Virus record (IMG/VR): IMGVR_UViG_3300036982_000164
Location: 1-28,177 of that record
Reading direction: 5' to 3' (one strand)
Source of the DNA: a virus
Lineage: Duplodnaviria; Caudoviricetes
Length of the DNA: 28,177 nucleotides
This document shows positions 7,633-16,437 of the stretch, piece after piece. Position 1 is the first letter of the stretch. Every line of letters starts with the position of its first letter. Both the position numbers and the translations under genes were made by a program. The notes below the pieces were generated by a model. That model ran no database searches. It saw only the letters and a list, made by a program, of their open reading frames with translations, and was not told the DNA's origin.

Positions 7633-8171
7633 TATCCAAAGATACCAGCTGGTGCTGTAAACTGAGTCGGAATCTCTTTTTGTCTCCAAGAAAACGTAAC
7701 TTCATAACGCTGAAGTTCGTTATTCTGCTCAGGGATGATGAAGTTAGCAGATGTTGTGATACCTACTGGTGGGTCGATGTATATAACCTTACCTGAATCA
7801 CATAAATAAGCCATAATCCAACCTACTTTTTGTTGGTTTAATGAGTTATAGAATGTGTTATTTTGGTCAGTTACGTTAGCATCGTAAAGAGTAGCAGTTC
7901 TATCTTCGTTGATTCTAATTTGAGTTCCACATCCTACTGGTGAATCCACCTGAATAGGTGAACCAGCTGGTAATGAAAAACGAATATCTTCAACTAATAC
8001 TGCATCACCACTAATAAGCATTTCTTCAATCTCTGCTGGTTGTGTTGGGTCAACTAATGTTGCTCCACAAGCACCGATGATAATAGCGGAAACTCCGCCA
8101 AGTTTATACTCTCCACAAGCGACTAAGTCGTGAGTTTCAAGTCCAGTTTCGCAATATGAGGCGCAGCCCAT
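7632..8171 (-). CDS. Tail tube (major tail) protein
   Basis: 179 aa, beta-rich, GGV near N-terminus and YEVTFSW near C-terminus; has its own promoter and a leader shared with MCP. Confidence 0.65.
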   Translation of the reverse strand: MGCASYCETGLETHDLVACGEYKLGGVSAIIIGACGATLVDPTQPAEIEEMLISGDAVLVEDIRFSLPAGSPIQVDSPVGCGTQIRINEDRTATLYDANVTDQNNTFYNSLNQQKVGWIMAYLCDSGKVIYIDPPVGITTSANFIIPEQNNELQRYEVTFSWRQKEIPTQFTAPAGIFG

Positions 8172-8195
8172 TGTATATAGATTTAAAGTTGTTCA

Positions 8196-8228
8196 GTCGC
8201 TATTTAAGGTTGCTTCCGTTAAACCTAC
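8196..8228 (-). promoter_or_regulatory. Structured 5'-UTR motif, copy 2 (tail tube leader)
   Basis: GUAGGUUUAACGGAAGCAACCUUAAAUAGCGAC; same core as 1780-1809. Confidence 0.6.
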
Positions 8229-8247
8229 GTGGGTGCAAAAAGATATA

Positions 8248-8255
8248 CAAATATA
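8248..8255 (-). promoter_or_regulatory. -7 promoter element for tail tube
   Basis: TATATTTG immediately after the stop of the 558-aa gene. Confidence 0.55.
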
Positions 8256-8256
8256 A

Positions 8257-9933
8257 TTAAAATTCGTAATACAAATTAACTGAATCTTGAGTAGTGATTC
8301 TATTTAAGTCTTGAGTGAGCAAGAATGGTTCATCTGAGTTATCTAATATAGATGGTAAGCAGTTAGCATCTGCTTCACTACATTGAACCTTTACTACCTT
8401 ATTCTCTTTCTCAACTAAGTCAATATTGAATGAGCCTAAGTATGTATCAGCATCTGCCCAATCAATAGATGGAAATGCATTATCTTGAGGAAACATCAAT
8501 ACACCATTGACATAGCAATTGTCATAGTAGAAGATGGTAGAGAGAAAGTCAAGTACATACTCAGGCAATCTGCCAAAGTGATACGTCCATTGTTTTACTC
8601 TATTGACATAGTTAGCAGTCCACTTACCCGATGCATAACGAAAGGTATTAGCATTGGTCACGTATTGTGCCTTAGACCTTTTACCTTCTATTCTAATCAT
8701 TGGTAAGAATGAACTACCACCAAATGCAAAATTGAATTGGTCTTGAGCATTACAACCTTCTATCTTAAAGTATTTACAACTATCATTATAGTCACCAATA
8801 GATAGAATATCAGAGTATTTATTCCACGTAATACTTGAATCATCAATACCTATATAAACTTGTGATATACAACATAAGCCAACACCAGCAGCAGTTCCTT
8901 GAAAAAAGAAATTTAATCTCATTCCGAATTCAATACTTGGACTTCCAGCAGTAATTGCAATAGTTTGAACACCAGTTGCACCAATTGGATATTGTACTTG
9001 ATTATCTCCTATTTGAGCATAGATAGCTATGTTGCTTACATTTATAATATTTATTTGAATGTAGTATAAATTACCTTCACAGAATTCTGAATCATTTGTT
9101 AATGATACCTCACCATCTCCAGTAGGCATTGTAATACAAAATTCATTACCAATATCATAAATAGCATCCAATGTAAAAACATCCCAACTTGGTACACCAT
9201 CTCTCGTTGGTGAAAATAAACCATTCTTAACAAAAAATTGTGAGCAAGTATTAGTACAGAAATCTGCAATAGCTAACCTATAACAACCTTCATTAACTTC
9301 AACATCTGTTAAACTAAATGCAGTAGTTATCTTGTTTCCTTTAAGAGTAAATACTGGTTGAATTACATCAATCGTCTCCAATGTTTCTGCATCAACAATA
9401 CCAATTTTCATTTGAGAATTAGATGCTAAACCTTCTACTTTAATACTACTTGCAATAATGCAACCTTGCCACCCATTTGTAGTTGTATTAAAAATAACAC
9501 TAAGTTCATTAACATTAATTGTTGGATTAGCAAAATACAAAGTATAAGTACCAGCTATTGTTATCTCATAAATAGTAGAGTAATCCATTGTTACACTCAA
9601 TGTACCTTCATCTAATGATGCAATAGTAAATGTTACTGAGTATAATTGAAATGGATATTGTGTCCTATAATAAAGTGCATAATACCCAGCCTCAAAAACA
9701 TTGGTACTACATATATTGCCATTAGTAACATTGTCACCCCATCCACCACTATCACTATCATAAAGGTATAATGGTAAATCTTGACAAGGTGATGTCTCAA
9801 CTTGAAAAAATATTTGGTCATTAAAGTCTACCAATTGTTTGTAGTCTGAACTTCCACACTCTTCACAAGGTGTTACTATTTCATCTGTTTGACGAAATAT
9901 AATAGGCTGATTTGGTATTGAAGTAAAACTCAT
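8257..9933 (-). CDS. Tail/baseplate protein with probable beta-sandwich (CBM-like) inserts
   Basis: 558 aa, second gene after tape measure; beta- and Cys-rich; C-terminal FLLTQD..ITTQD..NL motif. Confidence 0.6.
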   Translation of the reverse strand: MSFTSIPNQPIIFRQTDEIVTPCEECGSSDYKQLVDFNDQIFFQVETSPCQDLPLYLYDSDSGGWGDNVTNGNICSTNVFEAGYYALYYRTQYPFQLYSVTFTIASLDEGTLSVTMDYSTIYEITIAGTYTLYFANPTINVNELSVIFNTTTNGWQGCIIASSIKVEGLASNSQMKIGIVDAETLETIDVIQPVFTLKGNKITTAFSLTDVEVNEGCYRLAIADFCTNTCSQFFVKNGLFSPTRDGVPSWDVFTLDAIYDIGNEFCITMPTGDGEVSLTNDSEFCEGNLYYIQINIINVSNIAIYAQIGDNQVQYPIGATGVQTIAITAGSPSIEFGMRLNFFFQGTAAGVGLCCISQVYIGIDDSSITWNKYSDILSIGDYNDSCKYFKIEGCNAQDQFNFAFGGSSFLPMIRIEGKRSKAQYVTNANTFRYASGKWTANYVNRVKQWTYHFGRLPEYVLDFLSTIFYYDNCYVNGVLMFPQDNAFPSIDWADADTYLGSFNIDLVEKENKVVKVQCSEADANCLPSILDNSDEPFLLTQDLNRITTQDSVNLYYEF

Positions 9934-11933
9934 TTTAGTACCTTATTTGATTTTAATTCGAATGATGCCTCTTGTTCTATAATTGATTTAACATCAACCT
10001 TTTTAATGTATCCTTTGATAACTCTTAATGGGTCATCATATCTACCAAATGATATTGGTCTTGAACTATTGTTAAGTATTGCCTCAATCTCATTCATAGT
10101 CAATGGTCTTTCAAAGTTATAAAGATATGCTCTTACATCTTCAATGTTAACTGGCTCTAACTCACTTGGTGGGTTACTTGCTAATAATGGCAGTCCATTA
10201 ATAATTAATTGTGTAGTATACAATATTCCATCTTCAACACCTTGACCTTGTATTGCCTGATTTACTGGTGGACCTTGTGTACCAATCTTAGTAGAAACAT
10301 TAATTTTAATCTTATCACCAGCATTCATCAATATACTTATCTGCTTATTGGTAATAGTAAGATTAATTGATTGCTTCTGTAATTGTGGACCATTATATGT
10401 TTGAATCACTGAACCAGCTGAGTTCATATGAATAATTGATATAAATGAGAATTTACTACCAGTAATAAATATTCCCGATAGAATAACATAAGCACCTATA
10501 TTGTAAGTGCCTAAGAATGGTGCAGTATAAATATAATTATCAAAGTTATTACCCGTATCATATTGAACATTTGAAAATGGAACTGGAAAATTGTTATAAG
10601 AAATAAAATCACTAAATACTCCATCATCAGCAGTAAAGAATGGCTGACCAGCAACTGGATAACTACCAAATGCAGTCAAGTCAGCAAGTGCTGCATTGGG
10701 TGGTACATTAAGAAAACTGAATAGACTATTAGGATACCCACCAATCCAATTACTTGATACGTTTATATTTCTAAATCCGCCATTATATATTTTTTGATTT
10801 AGATTATATGGGTCGAATCTTATTGCATAATATAAGTTAGTTGTAGCACTATATGTTGATTCAATTACGAATGTATCAAGTTTCCTTTCATCTGTATTAA
10901 ACCTGAATACATCTTCAATGATATTACTATCAAATATGATATCACTTGAATTTAAGTCAAGAACTCTACTTGTGTTACATTCACCAGTAAATCCAAATGT
11001 CTCTTCTCTGAATCCTCTAAATGGTGTCTGAGTAAATGAGCAAGTGCCACCAGTGCAGTCTTCTGCTTCTAACATTGGAGATGAACCAAAACTCACTGCT
11101 GAGTATAATATATCTCTATCAAATGCAAGACTGATGTTAGGCTGGTCATATAGGTTGACTGATGGATTTTGTTGATTAATGTATGCAGCCTCTTCTATTC
11201 TTAGTAATGGTCTACCATTGGCTTGTTTCTCAAACACTAAACATAAGTTTAACTTTCTATGCATAGCGGTGAATAGTTTCTCAAAGCTAACAACTACCTC
11301 TCCAGTTAACCTACTTCTTATTGCTTCACCATTAGTTACAATGTATAAGTCTCCATCTGTATTCAAATCAAATTCAAAAAGATTACTTGCAAAGTCTATA
11401 AGGTTATCACTCATACAACTTACAAGATGCTTGAATACATCAAATATTTGATAACCAATTATTGTATTTGAATCATATACCCCGTTTGATGGATTGAACA
11501 ACTGACCATCAATTATTGTTGGTGGTGTTACTGGTTGCAAATTTTTTGTCAATGCATTGAGCATTGAGAATGGGATATTTTTATTATTATTAATCTTAGT
11601 GCTGAAACTTTCATCATATAGCTTTGTCTTAACCTGACATCTATCAAGTTGAAAGTTACACTCAGATATGATAAAATAACCTTTTACTAATTGCTTGTAA
11701 AATCCATCGCACCTATACTGGACTTCTACATTAATTAAATTGCAGAATCCATTTTCATCAAGTTTGTCAATAAGATATTCAAAGGCTTGACCAATAAAAA
11801 TTAGTTCGTTATTGAATGAAGTTATTCTTGCATTAATATCTTTCTCTTCAGATATAGTGAAACCAAAATCTTCAGCATTAGTTGGTTGACCTCTATCAAC
11901 ACCATCGATTAAGAATTTAATATCTACTGCCAT
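9930..11933 (-). CDS. Tail hub/baseplate protein with probable C1q/TNF-like insert
   Basis: 667 aa, directly after tape measure; YTAPFLGTY...MNAGDKIKI segment resembles a C1q-like domain. Confidence 0.6.
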   Translation of the reverse strand: MAVDIKFLIDGVDRGQPTNAEDFGFTISEEKDINARITSFNNELIFIGQAFEYLIDKLDENGFCNLINVEVQYRCDGFYKQLVKGYFIISECNFQLDRCQVKTKLYDESFSTKINNNKNIPFSMLNALTKNLQPVTPPTIIDGQLFNPSNGVYDSNTIIGYQIFDVFKHLVSCMSDNLIDFASNLFEFDLNTDGDLYIVTNGEAIRSRLTGEVVVSFEKLFTAMHRKLNLCLVFEKQANGRPLLRIEEAAYINQQNPSVNLYDQPNISLAFDRDILYSAVSFGSSPMLEAEDCTGGTCSFTQTPFRGFREETFGFTGECNTSRVLDLNSSDIIFDSNIIEDVFRFNTDERKLDTFVIESTYSATTNLYYAIRFDPYNLNQKIYNGGFRNINVSSNWIGGYPNSLFSFLNVPPNAALADLTAFGSYPVAGQPFFTADDGVFSDFISYNNFPVPFSNVQYDTGNNFDNYIYTAPFLGTYNIGAYVILSGIFITGSKFSFISIIHMNSAGSVIQTYNGPQLQKQSINLTITNKQISILMNAGDKIKINVSTKIGTQGPPVNQAIQGQGVEDGILYTTQLIINGLPLLASNPPSELEPVNIEDVRAYLYNFERPLTMNEIEAILNNSSRPISFGRYDDPLRVIKGYIKKVDVKSIIEQEASFELKSNKVLK

Positions 11934-14926
11934 TGGTATCTTGAGTCAACTGGATTACTATATCTTGTTTTAGATTGTCTTAGGTCTTTCCTCAATCCTT
12001 TTAATTCAGCCTCCATTGTTTTAGAGTTCAATGTAGCATTAACATTAACACCCATCTCTTTAGACTTTGAGTTAAGCATATAGTTCATCAATGCTGGTCT
12101 TACATACCTTTCATTGATTAGCCTCTTAAATGCCTCTGAGGATTGATTTAATGCATTCAATTCTCTTCTGTGGGCACTTGACTGCTTTCGATTAACAATG
12201 TACTCTCCTTGCTCTGCTTCTAATAATGTGCCTCCTTCACTATGTCTCTTACCACCAACTACTCCACCCTTCTCAAACTTAGGTATAGGTTGACTGGCAA
12301 TGGCTGCTATCTGAATTGCACCAGCAACACCTATGATAGCAGCAAGAATTGGATTTGCTACATTGGCTGCAATCTGTTGAGCAACTTGTATGGTTGCTTG
12401 GAATAGTGCAAGTGCCTTATCATTTTGTGCTTGTTTGGTTTTCTCTTTTGCTATTGCTGCTTGTGTTCTTTTTTCAAGTGCTGCTCTTTCTTTTATCTTA
12501 TCACGTTCTAATCCACTTCCATCATTGATAGCTTGTAATTCTGTTTCACTTGCAGCAGTTATATCTGCTACTCTTTGCTCTGATGCTTGTTTACTTATAT
12601 CATTAATACTTGAGAATACACTAACTACTGCATTGGCATACTCAAATGCTTTGTCAATTCTTTTTTGTTGTTCATCATCTAACTTTGCAGTTGTTTCAGC
12701 ATTAATTCTAATTATCTCTGCATTGTATGCCTCCTCACCTAATAGTTTCTTATCAAGTGCATTCTTAGCTTTTACACCCTCATCTTCAATCAACTTAACC
12801 CGTTGCTCATATGTTGATGTACCCAATGTTACTGCTGCTTGTGCCTCAGCATTAGCAATATCAATTCTTTTGTTTGCCTCCTCTGCTCTTGCTTGAGTTA
12901 TCTTAGTCTCTGTTTCTGCATCAATTAATGCTATGTCATTCTTTAATTTCTTTTGTGACTCTATATCAGTCTTAGCATTAAGAGTTAATGCTGCTTTACG
13001 TGCATTAGCATCTGCATTAATTATCTCCTCTGTAAGTTGAAGTGATACTTCACCTTGTGCCTTACGTAGTTCAAGGATTTGAAGACTTAACTCTTTCTCT
13101 GCTATGATTGCTGAATTAGATAAGGTTTTCTTTTCAGCAATTGCATTGGCATCAATACTATCTATTGCTGCTTGTAGTTCTTGTTTGTCTTTTATAGATG
13201 CCTCTGTTTCTTTCTTAGCAACATCTGCTCTCTTATCTACAAGTGCTAACTCATTGGCAAGTGATGTGTCACCTTGTGTCTTTAATGTCTCTAATCGTGT
13301 TAACTCAATTGATGCTAATCTTTTTGACTCATCAAGTTTTACTTGCTGGATGTCTCTACCTAACTCTGCATTGATTCTTGCAATGGTAGCAGCCTTGAGT
13401 TCTTCATTCTTAATTGATGCACTTGCTTCTTGCTTTTCAATTGCTGCACTACTTTTCAATTGTGCAATTTTATTCTTTAATGAATCACCTTCAATTGCAG
13501 TAGTTTTTAATATGCCTTGTTGTGCAATCTTGAGTCTTTCATTAGCAATATTGTTAGCAGATTCTTTTGCTCTGTTTTTTCCATCTACCTCTGCTTGTAC
13601 TTCAATTGTTTTTATTTGACTTTGAGAGATTAGATTCAATGATAATATTTGGTCATTAAGATTCTTTTGGTCATCAATCAATGTTTGTGATGTTAATGTA
13701 CCATCTTTCTTTCTTTCCTTCTGTAACTCTTGAAACTTATCATATAGTTCAGTTTCTGATTTCTTCAGGTCTTCATTAGCCTTTGCTATGGCTGAACCCC
13801 TCTCATTGAATGCTATGATATTATCAGCAGCAGATTGAGATAGCTTACCATTAGCCACTAACAATTTAACCTGAGCATTGGCTAACTTAGTTTGAGCCTC
13901 AGCACCAGCACTTGCCAAGCTATCATAAGCATCTTGCAATGCCTTTGCATCTTCTGCTGCCTTCTTTGATTTCTCAGATGATTCGCCAAAACTCTCTACC
14001 AATTTAGCAATAGCAAAGATTGCTATACCTATTCCAGTTCCAAGTAATGCTGCTCTGAATAATTTTAATTTTGTTGTACCAGCATCAACTACGAAATTAT
14101 AACCTTTCTGAGCAATTGCATAAACACCAGTCTTCTTTGCTTGTTGCTCAAGTAGTATGGCTCTTGCTTGTTCTAATGCACCAGTGATAGCCATTATCGC
14201 ATTGAGCCTTGTTAAGGTCTGAGTTAGTTCTTCATTCTCAGTTCCAAAGGCTGCACTTGCTCCTTGAACTGCTTGGAATGCTGCACCTACTAATTGTACA
14301 TTCTGAACTACTGCATTGAATCCACGACCCTTCTCAACGAATGAATCCACTTGTTGGTCAGTTTCAAAGATTGCTCTTTTTAGTTTTGTTGTTTCAGCTA
14401 TTAGGTCTTTAAACTCCTGAGTATCTTGCTGACCAGCAATTGCCAAATCATATAGCTTGTCTTCAAGTATACCTATTCTACTTGATGCAGCATCAGTTGA
14501 CTTAGCATATGCTTCTACTGCTCTATCTGCTTGTGTAATGGCTGCCTTGTATTCACCTATTGCCTTTGCTATGTTATCAAACTCTTTAGTGGTTGTTTTA
14601 CCAGCAAGTGCAAGTTCTCTAAGTTGGTCTTCTAATTTAGCAACATCATCAGCAGTATTGGCTAACTTCATTACTTCAGCAACAACCTTAGGTAAGGTCT
14701 TAACAAGTTGTAATGATTCTACATTAATGTCCTTTAATCCCTTCTTAACCTTCTCACCAGCAAATGCACCAGCCATTGATGAACCCATCTTCTTGAATGC
14801 ATCAGCACCCTCCTTACCAGCCTTCTCTGCTGAGTCACCAATCTGTTTATTGGCATTGATAATCTCATCAGTTACACCTTTAAGTGATGCTGCCTTTGCT
14901 TCATATTCAATGTATACTACTGCCAC
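11924..14926 (-). CDS. Tail tape measure protein
   Basis: 1000 aa, Ala/Lys/Glu-rich helical, hydrophobic segments, C-terminal GAIQIAAIASQP.PKFEKGG...HSEGG..EAEQGE; GTG start. Confidence 0.9.
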   Translation of the reverse strand: MAVVYIEYEAKAASLKGVTDEIINANKQIGDSAEKAGKEGADAFKKMGSSMAGAFAGEKVKKGLKDINVESLQLVKTLPKVVAEVMKLANTADDVAKLEDQLRELALAGKTTTKEFDNIAKAIGEYKAAITQADRAVEAYAKSTDAASSRIGILEDKLYDLAIAGQQDTQEFKDLIAETTKLKRAIFETDQQVDSFVEKGRGFNAVVQNVQLVGAAFQAVQGASAAFGTENEELTQTLTRLNAIMAITGALEQARAILLEQQAKKTGVYAIAQKGYNFVVDAGTTKLKLFRAALLGTGIGIAIFAIAKLVESFGESSEKSKKAAEDAKALQDAYDSLASAGAEAQTKLANAQVKLLVANGKLSQSAADNIIAFNERGSAIAKANEDLKKSETELYDKFQELQKERKKDGTLTSQTLIDDQKNLNDQILSLNLISQSQIKTIEVQAEVDGKNRAKESANNIANERLKIAQQGILKTTAIEGDSLKNKIAQLKSSAAIEKQEASASIKNEELKAATIARINAELGRDIQQVKLDESKRLASIELTRLETLKTQGDTSLANELALVDKRADVAKKETEASIKDKQELQAAIDSIDANAIAEKKTLSNSAIIAEKELSLQILELRKAQGEVSLQLTEEIINADANARKAALTLNAKTDIESQKKLKNDIALIDAETETKITQARAEEANKRIDIANAEAQAAVTLGTSTYEQRVKLIEDEGVKAKNALDKKLLGEEAYNAEIIRINAETTAKLDDEQQKRIDKAFEYANAVVSVFSSINDISKQASEQRVADITAASETELQAINDGSGLERDKIKERAALEKRTQAAIAKEKTKQAQNDKALALFQATIQVAQQIAANVANPILAAIIGVAGAIQIAAIASQPIPKFEKGGVVGGKRHSEGGTLLEAEQGEYIVNRKQSSAHRRELNALNQSSEAFKRLINERYVRPALMNYMLNSKSKEMGVNVNATLNSKTMEAELKGLRKDLRQSKTRYSNPVDSRYQWQ

Positions 14927-15212
14927 GTTGTTGAGATTTTATGAACGATTCAAATTTAGTCAAAAATAAGTCAACATCACCACTCATAAGTTGATTGTAT
15001 GCAACCACATCACCCTCAACAATTGTCATTACTTGATTTTTAATTCTCGTGGTCGCTTCACTCGCTCTGTATCGTGGACTCCATCTAAGTGGGTCAATGC
15101 TTTTATCAGGTTGCGTTGTGCCTCCACGTTGTAATCCCATAATTTCTTGAAGTCTTCTGCTGACATAGACATTAAGGGTATTAGCGGCTCTATGTCCAAA
15201 CGATAAAAAAAA
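14907..15212 (-). CDS. -1 frameshift extension of tail assembly chaperone (gpGT-like, about 257 aa in total)
   Basis: T8 run at 15212-15205 (GAU UUU UUU UAU); the -1 frame is open from there to 14907 and contains the 77-aa ORF. Confidence 0.7.
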   Translation of the reverse strand, partial: FFLSFGHRAANTLNVYVSRRLQEIMGLQRGGTTQPDKSIDPLRWSPRYRASEATTRIKNQVMTIVEGDVVAYNQLMSGDVDLFLTKFESFIKSQQRGSSIH

Positions 15213-15679
15213 TCGTGCGACCCCTCCTTACACATCGCATCAAATACTTCAAGTTTCTCTTTGTGAATATCGTTGTTGATTATTGTTGGGTCTTCATCAT
15301 CACGTATAATCCAAGTGGCTGCAATGTTGAGTAAGATGTCACGATGGATGATGGTGTCTTGTCTCTCACGAATAATGTGTATGTAGGTAGCAACCAATGC
15401 TGCATTCTTTGGATTGGTTAGACCAGCAGCCAATGCTTTCTCCATACCTTCCAGTATGCCTTCCATCTCACTACCACTTATACCTGAACTCAATCGTTCA
15501 AGTAGTGCCATTGACATACTAAATCGTTCAAGTGGCATATTGGTCTCTTTCGGGAATCTAAGATAGTTGTACCCATCCTGAGTGAATACCTTCACCAAGT
15601 TGTAACTTGATTGTTTTTGATTCCATCTATTGAATCGATGCCACAACTTGACTGGCATTAATTTTCTGAATAACTTCAT
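15029..15679 (-). CDS. Tail assembly chaperone (gpG-like)
   Basis: 216 aa, upstream of tape measure, with slippery site and overlapping -1 ORF. Confidence 0.7.
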   Translation of the reverse strand: MKLFRKLMPVKLWHRFNRWNQKQSSYNLVKVFTQDGYNYLRFPKETNMPLERFSMSMALLERLSSGISGSEMEGILEGMEKALAAGLTNPKNAALVATYIHIIRERQDTIIHRDILLNIAATWIIRDDEDPTIINNDIHKEKLEVFDAMCKEGSHDFFYRLDIEPLIPLMSMSAEDFKKLWDYNVEAQRNLIKALTHLDGVHDTERVKRPRELKIK

Positions 15680-15887
15680 CTATTGTGTTGTTGCTAACCA
15701 ACCTATCTAAGTTGGTTAAGGTTAGTATTGTTGTGCCTTGATTCTCTATGACCATCATTATAGCATTGACATTAACCAACACCTTGCAGTCTCCTAAATC
15801 AATTGCAGATAGTTCTTGTAACTCTTCATCTTCAATGTTCTTGTTGTATTCAATCAATGTAGATTGTAAGATGATAAAGTTTGCCAT
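15627..15887 (-). CDS. Hypothetical protein (weakly FlbD-like)
   Basis: 86 aa; VLVNVNAI..V...T.L.L...V...IDEV..KI pattern. Confidence 0.6.
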   Translation of the reverse strand: MANFIILQSTLIEYNKNIEDEELQELSAIDLGDCKVLVNVNAIMMVIENQGTTILTLTNLDRLVSNNTIDEVIQKINASQVVASIQ

Positions 15888-15890
15888 AGG

Positions 15891-16097
15891 TCACCAGTAT
15901 TCGTGAGGGCATTGTGCATCTTCAACCCTTGTCTTAGCTGGTAGAAAACAACCACAAGCATTGCATAGATTCAATCTCTTATACCTATGTTGGCAATTGT
16001 TACAGATAGCAGTTCGTTCACTACTTAGTTTCTTATTCTTAGAACTTGCAGTAAGGTAGTAATACCACCCTCTAATGATTGCTGATAACTTAGTCAT
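15891..16097 (-). CDS. Small Zn-binding protein (DUF6171-like)
   Basis: ICNNC..CNACGCFLPAKT...CP..W. Confidence 0.75.
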   Translation of the reverse strand: MTKLSAIIRGWYYYLTASSKNKKLSSERTAICNNCQHRYKRLNLCNACGCFLPAKTRVEDAQCPHEYW

Positions 16098-16437
16098 TGG
16101 TAAGATTTACAATGGATGGTTCAGCATCACTAACTGCAATACTAAAGTCAATGCAAGTATAGGTGTCAGCACCTATGGTTAGGTCTTGCCTTGTGCCGTT
16201 TGGTGTATCTGTTGTTATCCATAGTGTATAACCTTGTAATGGGTCAATCAATACTCCTTCAATGGTTATGTTACCAAACTCATCACTAATGGATACAAAG
16301 GTCTGAATGCGACCAGTAGCCTTATACTGTATGCATACAAGGTAAGATGTATCAGGTTCAGCAACCCCAAATGTAAGACCAGTAGCACAAACATCTACAT
16401 AGCTTCCCGAATCGTAACAAGGTGAACAAATGCTCAT
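16090..16437 (-). CDS. Hypothetical beta-rich (Ig-like) protein, possibly virion
   Basis: Likely start MSICSPC at 16437 in an ATGA overlap with the terL stop. Confidence 0.6.
   Translation of the reverse strand: MSICSPCYDSGSYVDVCATGLTFGVAEPDTSYLVCIQYKATGRIQTFVSISDEFGNITIEGVLIDPLQGYTLWITTDTPNGTRQDLTIGADTYTCIDFSIAVSDAEPSIVNLTND

Noticed and set aside
7633-7689. Longer GT start, or a tail tube-GT frameshift fusion
   Set aside because: No slippery heptamer seen; the TAATG overlap at 7630-7634 explains the coupling.
3286-9821. Nested minus-strand ORFs 3286-3468 and 9633-9821
   Set aside because: Wholly inside larger genes, with no motif or initiation evidence.
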